From a virus: a stretch of 64,000 nt of DNA. The notes under the pieces were generated by a model. It worked only from the letters and a program-made list of their open reading frames with translations. It did no database searches and was not told where the DNA came from. The stretch covers positions 10,852 through 74,851 of the IMG/VR virus record IMGVR_UViG_3300021092_000026; one strand, written 5' to 3'. A program made the position numbers and the translations under genes. Below, piece after piece: positions 9,899 to 19,041 of this stretch. The number at the start of each line of letters is the position of its first letter. The first letter of the stretch is position 1.

Positions 9899-10318
9899 TT
9901 ATCCAAACAAAAATGTTTTGGGTTCTTCATTTATCCATTCTGTGGGGATTTGTTTTGTGGCCCATTTAAATCCGTTTTTATCGGCCCACATCCCATATGT
10001 AGTTTTTGACCTTTTATTTAATTTTGCATTTGGATTTTGAAATACAATCCGTATATCCAAATCAGGCTTTTGAGCTTTTATTAATAAGTGTTTTTTTCTA
10101 TCCTCTAAAGTAAACCTACCCTTTGTTTCTATAAAAATTCCATTGGGCAATCTAAAATCAGGTTTGTATGTATGATTGGTAGCAGGTTTAGTATAGGATA
10201 TTTGGTGTTTTTCATATTCACCATCAATACCTATTTGTTTTAATTCATCCGAAACTTTATCCTCCAAACCCGAGCGATGCCCTTTGGTTTTTTGGATGTG
10301 ACCCCAATTTTTTGGCAT
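9899..10318 (-). CDS. T7 endonuclease I-like Holliday junction resolvase
   Basis: RSGLE, YKPDF.LPNGIFIETKGRF, KHLLIK, DIRIVF, SKTTY..WA. Confidence 0.92.
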   Translation of the reverse strand: MPKNWGHIQKTKGHRSGLEDKVSDELKQIGIDGEYEKHQISYTKPATNHTYKPDFRLPNGIFIETKGRFTLEDRKKHLLIKAQKPDLDIRIVFQNPNAKLNKRSKTTYGMWADKNGFKWATKQIPTEWINEEPKTFLFG

Positions 10319-10320
10319 AA

Positions 10321-11241
10321 CTAATCTATATCAAATTTTACATTTATAAATAAATCCGTAATCGTACTTTTCTTTAATGGTGAACCTAATTTTGCAACAG
10401 CCATCATTTCACCATCATCGTTGTATAATCCAATAGTTGTTATGTATGGCATGAATTCTGAACCTGTTGTAAATGATTTGTAAGCTGAAGCTGATCCGGA
10501 CGTTCCACTCAACGACGCGGTTATAGGTTCTAACACACTTGGATTTGTGCTTTTATTAAATTCATCTTTTGGAATATGACAAATTAAATTAACTTCTTCT
10601 ACCAATTTAGTTGCTCTATAGTTTACAATAAACCCTCTATTAGAACTATAATCCCAATTACCATCTCCTAAAAAAGTGTTTTGATTATTAGAACCGGTGT
10701 TTGTCATAACAATCAAACCCTGTCTATAAAAAACATAACCATATGTTGCTGATGATGATACTATAGTTCCCCACTCATCATCTACTTTTTCATCCGTATA
10801 GTATCTATAGTTTGTTGTTGAGCCTGAATAGTTTGTTATATTAACCGATGTTGGCTTTATTTCAAACCCAAATCTATAAACAGGTATAGATAAAACTGAT
10901 GCGGTATCGTATAATTTTAATCTCCAATCAGTAGTAAATAATCTATCTAAACTAACCCACATTGTTTTTTGATAAACATCACTTAATCCATCGTATGTGG
11001 AACTTTGTGTTAAATCGGTTGGTGTAAATTCAATCCCACCACTAATATGGGGTCTTATTGCTCTTAAAGTAGATATACCAAATGATGTGTAATGATTTGA
11101 ATCCGTTACTTCATATCTTTTATGTGCAACAAATTTTTTTTCTTGTGAAAATACCTCATTTATTTTTTTAAAAGTATAATTAATACCATCAAAATTTCTA
11201 TTATTTAATACAATTTTTTGAACTGTTCTATTATATGGCAT
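10321..11241 (-). CDS. Virion structural protein with tail-collar-like C-terminus
   Basis: C-terminal YITTIGLYNDDGEMMAVAKL; lies in the structural block. Confidence 0.6.
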   Translation of the reverse strand: MPYNRTVQKIVLNNRNFDGINYTFKKINEVFSQEKKFVAHKRYEVTDSNHYTSFGISTLRAIRPHISGGIEFTPTDLTQSSTYDGLSDVYQKTMWVSLDRLFTTDWRLKLYDTASVLSIPVYRFGFEIKPTSVNITNYSGSTTNYRYYTDEKVDDEWGTIVSSSATYGYVFYRQGLIVMTNTGSNNQNTFLGDGNWDYSSNRGFIVNYRATKLVEEVNLICHIPKDEFNKSTNPSVLEPITASLSGTSGSASAYKSFTTGSEFMPYITTIGLYNDDGEMMAVAKLGSPLKKSTITDLFINVKFDID

Positions 11242-11252
11242 TAATTATTATT

Positions 11253-12359
11253 TTAAAAATCTAATTTTACTTTTAAAAGAATTTCGTTACCAAAAGATTT
11301 TAATATTGGTTTTGATAATTTACCAACTGCTAACATTTCACTTCCAGTATTATACAACCCAACGGTTGTAATATATGTTTTTGGATTATTTACAAATGTT
11401 GGTTGTCTAAGTACATTTATACCACCGGAAGAAGATACATACGATGGATTATTACTAAAATTAAACTTAGTATTTTTAGCTCTTAAAAAATAATATGTAG
11501 ATTTGACTTCTTCAACATTTCTCCCTTTAAATGCACCATTGGTAGAATCATTAGCTGCCGAACTACTTATAGCTTCGAACAACTTAAATGCGTTATCACC
11601 ATTTACATTAGAACCAGTATTAGTGTTTAATACTGGAATAATACTTGACGAACCTAATAGTGTTCCTGATAAAACGATTACACCTCTTTCGGGATAAACC
11701 CTTCCATATGTTCGTGTTGCGGCGGCAATTGCTATACCATTCGCTAGTGAACCGGAAACTACATTAAAAAATTCTGAATTTTGGTTTCCTGCCTGAAGTG
11801 TATCTCGAGAATCATCTATTAATCGTAGTTGATTAGAACCACTTCTAAGATTTAATTCAAAATTACCGGCATCCAACAAATCTTTGATTCTACCCCTTTT
11901 AAAGTTAATTACATAAATTATGTTTTCATCTACGGCCACACCCGAAGCACCAAGACCTATAAAACTGAATTTTTGTTGGGTTGAAGGTAAAAGAGTTTGT
12001 ACATATTGGGCATAAATTGCACGAGATGGGGTGTCTTGCGAACCAGCAAAATTCGATGCTGCGTTTATTACTAACGAACCACTACCTAATGCGTGTCCAT
12101 ATGCTACTGAAAATTGGACTTCTCGATGTTCATCACTCGCCGGTTCATCGTAAACATCGTAATAATATTGTCCCGATGAAGCACTTTGTGCAGATGATGT
12201 GAAAAATGTTGATAATGTTGGGGAGTTTTGGGTAAATAATCCACGAGTTACTCTTTGAATTATTGGATCATCGAATATATCATCTGGATCTAAATTTTCA
12301 AATGCTCCAGAGCTAGCAGTTACGTTCTGATTTCCAATTATAATTGTTTGTGTTGCCAT
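11253..12359 (-). CDS. Virion structural protein with a paralogous C-terminus
   Basis: C-terminal YITTVGLYNTGSEMLAVGKL resembles the neighbouring gene. Confidence 0.6.
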   Translation of the reverse strand: MATQTIIIGNQNVTASSGAFENLDPDDIFDDPIIQRVTRGLFTQNSPTLSTFFTSSAQSASSGQYYYDVYDEPASDEHREVQFSVAYGHALGSGSLVINAASNFAGSQDTPSRAIYAQYVQTLLPSTQQKFSFIGLGASGVAVDENIIYVINFKRGRIKDLLDAGNFELNLRSGSNQLRLIDDSRDTLQAGNQNSEFFNVVSGSLANGIAIAAATRTYGRVYPERGVIVLSGTLLGSSSIIPVLNTNTGSNVNGDNAFKLFEAISSSAANDSTNGAFKGRNVEEVKSTYYFLRAKNTKFNFSNNPSYVSSSGGINVLRQPTFVNNPKTYITTVGLYNTGSEMLAVGKLSKPILKSFGNEILLKVKLDF

Positions 12360-12419
12360 TTGTATTTTTCCCTTTTATATTTTTTTAACATTTTATTAAT
12401 TGATATACACCCATAAAAT

Positions 12420-13022
12420 TTATTGTACTGTAACTGTAACAGGTATATCGATTCGTGTACCAAATCTATCCGATTGAACTATTATCGTACCGTTTTGGTC
12501 TAGTTGGGGGGTTAGTGTAAAAATGCTCGTAAATTCAAACTTAAAAGGATAGACCGGGTCTGGGGTAATTTCACCCAAATCACTATCCAAAAGAGTTACA
12601 GTAAAAGTACCTTGTTGAGCGACTTGGCCGGCGATGGTAACGGTTACGGAGTTTCGGTTGGGGCCGACGGGCGTCCCCGGCGCATTTCTGGGTAGGGCGC
12701 TACTTTGTGGTATCGAAATTGATGTTGGAGCAACTGTCATTATAGGTATGTTAGAGGTGCGGGTTGGTAATGTTACTAATTTATATTTCAATGCGTAGTT
12801 TTCATCTGTAATTGCTTCCAATATAGGCATATTTTCTATCATTTCACCATAATATGATGAACCCAATGTATGTGATGGGTTATATAATGTGTAATCAACT
12901 TCATCATCTCCTAATGCAAATTTTGTAATTTCAAATTCGTCTCTAGAAGAAGCTAATCGCTCTCTACCTTTTTTTGTTAAGATAGCATCAACAGTCACCG
13001 ATGTATTATCTAAGTATCCCAT
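12420..13022 (-). CDS. Putative virion structural protein
   Basis: AILTKKGRERLA..ITKFALGDDEVDY resembles tail-collar/fibre N-termini; structural context. Confidence 0.55.
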   Translation of the reverse strand: MGYLDNTSVTVDAILTKKGRERLASSRDEFEITKFALGDDEVDYTLYNPSHTLGSSYYGEMIENMPILEAITDENYALKYKLVTLPTRTSNIPIMTVAPTSISIPQSSALPRNAPGTPVGPNRNSVTVTIAGQVAQQGTFTVTLLDSDLGEITPDPVYPFKFEFTSIFTLTPQLDQNGTIIVQSDRFGTRIDIPVTVTVQ

Positions 13023-13033
13023 ATATTATTTCC

Positions 13034-13107
13034 TTAATTTTGTTTTATATAAATATAGATTTTTATTTTTTTAATTTTGTTTTATATAAATATAGATTTT
13101 ATTTTTT
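13034..13107. repeat. 37-bp tandem duplication, each copy containing the ATATTTAT motif
   Basis: TTAATTTTGTTTTATATAAATATAGATTTT occurs at 13034 and 13071. Confidence 0.9.
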
Positions 13108-16100
13108 TATATTAGCACCCCGAACTGACGAATTTCTTGGAGGAATTCCTAATACATTTGAATCTACTCTAAATATTTCAACACTAGGTAATCCATCTAT
13201 TGATGTAACTCCACTATTACAACCATTAAATTTTAAATTTGCTAAACCTAATGGTAATTCATCGGTTTGAACAGATGGGTATGGTATTAATGATGATGAA
13301 TAATATTTACCTAATGATGCGGATAAAGATGATGAATAGAAGAATTCTCGTTGTTTTCCGTGCGGAGATAATCTTTGATCCATATAAGACCATATAATCT
13401 GCCTTTCCCACCAAGGATTTTGAACATTAAAAAACACCCCACTACTAGCACTTAATATGGGATATTGATATTTTATTAAAGCACCTTTATAGTATGAATC
13501 TTTAACATATATTGGAGCTGAATAATCAAGTTTTGCTCCAATGACTTGAATATTTGGTTTAATATTTACTAAATGGTCAAGCTTTGCTCCAATAGTTTGA
13601 ATATTTGGTGTAATAGTTCCTAAATAATCAAGCTTTGCTCCAATGGCCTGAATATTTGGTTTAATATTCACTAAATGGTCAAGCTTTGCTCCAATGACCT
13701 GAATATTTGGTATAATGATTCCTAAATAATCAATCTTTGAAGCTTCTATTACTTTGGGTGAATCTTCCAAAAGTAGTGGATAATCCAGTCGGGCGAGTGA
13801 CCACTTATCATCTCGTTTGATTTTGTTTCTTTCTAAAATATGCGGTTCTAATAATACACCACCAATATACTCACACCTTGCGGGTATTAATTGTTTTACT
13901 TGTTGGAATATACTATGGTCATATAAAGATAACAAATCCAACAAAAGTCCAATTGCAGTCCCACGCCTTTGAGCCGAACCTGAAGCCGGTGTTAGATTAA
14001 CATACTTTTTAAAATACTCACCTGCTCTCCATTTTAATAAAGGATAATCATCATTAAATCTATCATCCGGATCTCCTACCCAATCATCTATTTCAAAATA
14101 ACCTTCTGAATTGTATATATCATCATTTACTACATCCGTTGATGAGAAATATAATCCAACCAAATTTGAATCTAATTGGGTATAATCATATTGAGAAACT
14201 TCACCAGTTCTTTCAACATCTAAAGAACCACTTAAAACCGAAGATTCTATTCTTACTTTATTATTATTCTCATTTAATACTCCCGCCGATGGAACTTTTA
14301 CAAATTGAGTATCCACCTCACCAACTAAATCAGCCGATGTGTGATTTGGTAATGATGCGGTTAATGGTGCTCCACCTGAAGTGGTTTTAAAAAATTGATT
14401 TGGGTGGGATGATGAAATAGCTGTTGATATAGTATTAAACCCACTATCAGGAAATATTCTATAAACCAAATTTTTGTAAGAGGTTTGGCTATTATCAACA
14501 TCGGTTGTATTATCATCTGAAAAATATGCTTCAGTATTTAAGGCGTGCTCTTGAAATATTTCTTCGGAAAGGGATGATGAGTAATATCTAATCTCTTGAA
14601 TTGATGCAATTGATGAATAATCACCAACACCATCACCAACAATGAATTGGGTTGAGTTACCAAATATACTATTTGGTGTAGAACTTTGAGCCGAAAGTGA
14701 AGCTAGGATATTTCCGAAATCATCTTTAAATACGGCTCTAATTGTGGTTGAACTCCCAGATATAATACCAAACACACCATCTTTTCGTGTTTTATAGTTC
14801 ATATACGATGAACTCATAACTAAACTAGAACCCGTTTTAGCCAATATTCTGGCTCGCCCATCTGAATAATTCCATTCAAAGTCTAAATCAGTTCCACCCC
14901 CCGTTAATCTACCAATTGTAAAATCATTTAGTGGCATTTTACCAATTACTTCAATAGTGTTTGGTATACTAATACTACCATCTATACCTATACTACCAAA
15001 AGGGTTTCTTATTGGTTTAGAATCGGATGTTTCTACTTTGTAAATAAATCTTTCAGCTTCATATTTGTTTGGGGATTCAACAATTGTGGGCCCACCATAT
15101 TCTCTTATTTTTAAAAATAACGATGGAATACCATAGCAAGATAAAAGGGCTTTTATTGAACGAGGCGTTCCTTTTGATTTGTAAATATATGGTAAATTGT
15201 TTAATACTCTACGCCAAACTTCTGACCTAATTTTTTCCTTTGATTTTGTTTCCAACCCACCAATTGTTTGTGATCGGCTTCCTGATGAATTAGTTCCTAA
15301 AGTATATTCCCAAAGATTTGCATTACCCCAACCATTGGATAAATACCACCCCATTGATTTTGCTACATCATATAACAAATCATCTGACATACCATCTTCA
15401 GGATGTTCTTCTCTTTTATTTATATCTTCTAATGATTTTACATAAGTCCACAAAATATCAAAGTGGTGTCCTATCATATTAATGAATAATACATAATCTT
15501 CGTTGAGCGGGTCTTCCCTTAACGCAAATGGTATCATATTGATTAGGGCAGAATCATTTTGTGAATCGTAAAGTGAAGCAGAACTATAAGCACCCGCATA
15601 CCAACTCTCTGCTTGAGAACTTGTGGTTGGATAAAATACTATTGGATATGTTGATATTTTTGGATATGGTGTGGCTGGATTATCGGTTGTTGAATAATGT
15701 GTGTATAGTGAACCTGTTGCTTTGTTATACATCCATTTTTCAAACCCATCAAACCCACCAATTAAAGTATCTCTTCGTGTAATTGCTTGTGATATGTTCG
15801 TTAATGCATGTGATCCTGAAATTTGTTGTAGGGTTACTATTCTACTATTATATCCCTCTATTGTTTGTAATTTACTAAAGAAATTATCAACTCTTTCGGT
15901 TGCAGATGAATAATGAACAAAATTTTTAAAATCGGAATAATCTATGTTTAATTCGATATTACCAAAAGAACCACTAAAATAACTATCTATAATTTGTTGT
16001 GATGTGGATAAATTTGCATCCAATAAATCATTCCATGATTTAAAATCAGTACCATCCGATTTACCATATTTATCTAAATCAATGTTAAAATTTGGTTGTA

Positions 16101-17718
16101 AAAATTGAACCCTTTTAATTTGATTTAATTGATCATATGCAACTATTTTTTCTATATATGATTTTTGTAATCTACCATCAATTGATAAACTTTGCCCAAC
16201 ATCTATACTATCATCTAATGGTAATGTTAATTTAATGTATAAATCCGAAATTCCTTGACGGCCTTGAGGAGTTATAACCCCACTTAATAAAGAACCACCT
16301 TTTTGATTTTTTAATCTAACATTTGCAAAGTTTACTAATTGTCCACTTGAATCTGCAAAAAGTTCTGAGTTGCGTACATCTTCTGGATTTGATGTATTAG
16401 TAACACCAAGTGCTTCATACACACCATTTGGACCATCAGCTGGTCTTGGTAAAATTTGTGAATATCTTACAGTAGTTAAAAGACGACTGATATTGGGGTT
16501 TAGGCTTCCAGAAACATATATAGAACCACTTACATAAAATACAATAGTGGGATTATCGTCATCATCCTTACTTAATTTTGTTCTATTTTTATACTGCTTA
16601 ACTATAAAATTTGGTCGTGATTCATGAGAAATTTCAAAATTTTGATAATAATCGAATGCCGCACCTGGTAATAGTCTTTGTGGAACAGTTATTTCGAGGT
16701 TGTCTGTAAGATTACTGGCGTCTTCAGGTTGAATAAATGCAGGAGGGTTGGTAAATACGGGGCCGTTCGGGCCCCTATTACTTCCCGAAAGTACAAGAAT
16801 ATTATCGTTTCTACCGTTTAATTCAGTTCCAATAATATCATTATTAAAAAGGTAATATGGAGCGCCTGCATAAGTACCTTCCGTTGCTTTTTCCTGAACC
16901 CATTCAGGTTCATTATTTTGATTTAATTCTAATTTAAAAAAAGTAAATCTTCTGGTTGCTGATCCACTCGGGTATTGTTGATTTACACTACCACTTACTA
17001 TCTCTTTAAATAAAATACCTCTGGGTGATAGTGGATAATTAGGTGGTTTAAATAGTGTATGTTGACCATTAAAACTGCCTGTTGGGAATGGAATTGGTGT
17101 AATTCCTTCCCCAACAAAATTTATGTAAGATATATCGGAAATAATATTATTACCAAAATTTAATAAAAATTCGGGTTTACTACTTCCATTTGTAAAATTA
17201 TTTAAAGGTTGAACAGTGTATTTAAATTCTTGAATATCTTTAATTAATTTTAAATTAAAATTGCTTGGATTTTTAATTCGTATTTCAGTTCTATCTGAAG
17301 ATATTTCTGATATTTTTAAATCCGGTTCATTTGGATTTCCCGCAAAATTGTATAATGGGTTATACACCATTGTGTATATTCCACTATCATATCCAAGTTC
17401 TCTTATATCTTTTTCAGGAGAAAATCCAAATATTGGATTTGTAGCACTACTAATCTGACTTCCGGATATTGTTAGGAAGTTTCTAAAATATGATGATTTT
17501 AATAAATTATTATCAGAATCATATATGTGTAATTCCAAAAAACTTTGCCTAGGGCCCGCGATACCTCCAATATTGGAAGGTGTGTCAACAAAGAAATCAA
17601 CACCTGTGAAAGATGATGATATAAATCGGTAATTACCTAAATTTTCAAAAGTCTCCCCATACAATGGAGATGTACTTGAAATAATATCATCGAAATTTAT
17701 AAATCTATCTAATGACAT
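13099..17718 (-). CDS. Large baseplate/tail structural protein (1539 aa)
   Basis: NNLPYIYKSKGTPRSIKALL resembles baseplate wedge / tail protein I-like motifs; next to gp6- and gp25-like genes. Confidence 0.6.
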   Translation of the reverse strand: MSLDRFINFDDIISSTSPLYGETFENLGNYRFISSSFTGVDFFVDTPSNIGGIAGPRQSFLELHIYDSDNNLLKSSYFRNFLTISGSQISSATNPIFGFSPEKDIRELGYDSGIYTMVYNPLYNFAGNPNEPDLKISEISSDRTEIRIKNPSNFNLKLIKDIQEFKYTVQPLNNFTNGSSKPEFLLNFGNNIISDISYINFVGEGITPIPFPTGSFNGQHTLFKPPNYPLSPRGILFKEIVSGSVNQQYPSGSATRRFTFFKLELNQNNEPEWVQEKATEGTYAGAPYYLFNNDIIGTELNGRNDNILVLSGSNRGPNGPVFTNPPAFIQPEDASNLTDNLEITVPQRLLPGAAFDYYQNFEISHESRPNFIVKQYKNRTKLSKDDDDNPTIVFYVSGSIYVSGSLNPNISRLLTTVRYSQILPRPADGPNGVYEALGVTNTSNPEDVRNSELFADSSGQLVNFANVRLKNQKGGSLLSGVITPQGRQGISDLYIKLTLPLDDSIDVGQSLSIDGRLQKSYIEKIVAYDQLNQIKRVQFLQPNFNIDLDKYGKSDGTDFKSWNDLLDANLSTSQQIIDSYFSGSFGNIELNIDYSDFKNFVHYSSATERVDNFFSKLQTIEGYNSRIVTLQQISGSHALTNISQAITRRDTLIGGFDGFEKWMYNKATGSLYTHYSTTDNPATPYPKISTYPIVFYPTTSSQAESWYAGAYSSASLYDSQNDSALINMIPFALREDPLNEDYVLFINMIGHHFDILWTYVKSLEDINKREEHPEDGMSDDLLYDVAKSMGWYLSNGWGNANLWEYTLGTNSSGSRSQTIGGLETKSKEKIRSEVWRRVLNNLPYIYKSKGTPRSIKALLSCYGIPSLFLKIREYGGPTIVESPNKYEAERFIYKVETSDSKPIRNPFGSIGIDGSISIPNTIEVIGKMPLNDFTIGRLTGGGTDLDFEWNYSDGRARILAKTGSSLVMSSSYMNYKTRKDGVFGIISGSSTTIRAVFKDDFGNILASLSAQSSTPNSIFGNSTQFIVGDGVGDYSSIASIQEIRYYSSSLSEEIFQEHALNTEAYFSDDNTTDVDNSQTSYKNLVYRIFPDSGFNTISTAISSSHPNQFFKTTSGGAPLTASLPNHTSADLVGEVDTQFVKVPSAGVLNENNNKVRIESSVLSGSLDVERTGEVSQYDYTQLDSNLVGLYFSSTDVVNDDIYNSEGYFEIDDWVGDPDDRFNDDYPLLKWRAGEYFKKYVNLTPASGSAQRRGTAIGLLLDLLSLYDHSIFQQVKQLIPARCEYIGGVLLEPHILERNKIKRDDKWSLARLDYPLLLEDSPKVIEASKIDYLGIIIPNIQVIGAKLDHLVNIKPNIQAIGAKLDYLGTITPNIQTIGAKLDHLVNIKPNIQVIGAKLDYSAPIYVKDSYYKGALIKYQYPILSASSGVFFNVQNPWWERQIIWSYMDQRLSPHGKQREFFYSSSLSASLGKYYSSSLIPYPSVQTDELPLGLANLKFNGCNSGVTSIDGLPSVEIFRVDSNVLGIPPRNSSVRGANIKK
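13521..13731. repeat. 51-bp tandem repeat, about 4 copies (17 aa, IxPNIQxIGAKLD[HY]L)
   Basis: AAG[CT]TTTGCTCCAAT at 13528, 13579, 13630 and 13681. Confidence 0.92.
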
Positions 17719-17719
17719 A

Positions 17720-17938
17720 TTAATTTATATAGGGAATTACATCAAAACTATAACCGATAATTTCTTGATCATCAATTTCCAATTCAGTTATTTTTGTAGT
17801 TTGATTTGAATAAAACGATTGCGATGTAAATAATTTTACATTGTTATCCAACGTAATTACACCATAACTACTGGTTGAATCGGTAATCTCATAGGATAAT
17901 ATGCTTCCTTTTTTATTTCGTTTTATATCTCTTTCCAT
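17720..17938 (-). CDS. Hypothetical protein in the structural block
   Basis: Tightly packed between neighbouring genes. Confidence 0.6.
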   Translation of the reverse strand: MERDIKRNKKGSILSYEITDSTSSYGVITLDNNVKLFTSQSFYSNQTTKITELEIDDQEIIGYSFDVIPYIN

Positions 17939-19032
17939 TATCTAATTAATTTAAAGTAATACCCATTATCATAATATTTTTCAAGCCCATCAGAATCAAC
18001 TCTGAACACAAATCTATAATATCTTTCAGGCTGTAATGTATTAAACCACATATCAAAATAGTTTCCGTTTGAATCACATTCTATCTTTGTATAAGTAGTA
18101 TTAAATGGTATAATTTCTAAATTAGTTTCAACATCCCTAATTGACCAATATGATGATGTGGGTAAGTATTTTATAGTTGATAGTGCCCCACTGTTACTAA
18201 ATGTTCTTTGTGGGTATCTTTCTCTACCATAAACTCTAATTCTATCTTTTGAATCTTGCTTATATTCAGATTTAAGATTTTTGGTGTATATAACAATATT
18301 TTCTGCGGTTAGTGATGATAAAGAGCCTGTCTGAAATTGGGAATCATCCCACCTAACTTCCAATGTTGGTACATAAATTGTATGAGTTTCTGTTGAAAAA
18401 TATTTTGAGATGCCAAACTTAGCTGAACCGATTTCATCGGTATTAGACCTTTTAATGATAAACCCATTGTTTACTCTATTACCACTAAGAATATCATTTA
18501 CATATTGAGTTACTTCAATGTTTATGTCCGAAACATTTCTACTAAAAGATTGCGAATATGAAATACCATTAATGGATGATGTAAACCAAGTTCCACCACC
18601 TTCATTAACCGCCCAGTATGAGCCCGAATTTATTGGTGATGCTACACTCCAACTTATATTCGTACTTCTATAAACCCAATTTGAATCATTCTCATTATGA
18701 GGTGTATCGGGCAATGAACCCAAACCTTCTACCCAACTTTGAGATATGGGGTAGATATAAAGATTATAATCGGATGGAATTTCTCTTTCATCCGATGAAA
18801 TAAGATTTAAATAATACTTTATACTTCCCGATATTGTTTCGGCCGTAACCAATTGTGAAATTTCGGATAAATCAAATTGAATTAATATTCTACTATTACC
18901 TATTAGAGTAGTATCATCGGTATCAAAGAACTTACCTACCTCTAATACTTCATCTTTTCCAACATTTTGTAATTTTCTTGCTGAATATTCATATATAGTG
19001 GTATCTTTTTGAGGATATATTCTATAAATCAT
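17938..19032 (-). CDS. DNRLRE-like domain virion protein
   Basis: KDTTIYE..SRILIQFDL..WVEG.G..GGTW..P.LEVRWDD pattern. Confidence 0.55.
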   Translation of the reverse strand: MIYRIYPQKDTTIYEYSARKLQNVGKDEVLEVGKFFDTDDTTLIGNSRILIQFDLSEISQLVTAETISGSIKYYLNLISSDEREIPSDYNLYIYPISQSWVEGLGSLPDTPHNENDSNWVYRSTNISWSVASPINSGSYWAVNEGGGTWFTSSINGISYSQSFSRNVSDINIEVTQYVNDILSGNRVNNGFIIKRSNTDEIGSAKFGISKYFSTETHTIYVPTLEVRWDDSQFQTGSLSSLTAENIVIYTKNLKSEYKQDSKDRIRVYGRERYPQRTFSNSGALSTIKYLPTSSYWSIRDVETNLEIIPFNTTYTKIECDSNGNYFDMWFNTLQPERYYRFVFRVDSDGLEKYYDNGYYFKLIR

Positions 19033-19041
19033 TTATTTCTC

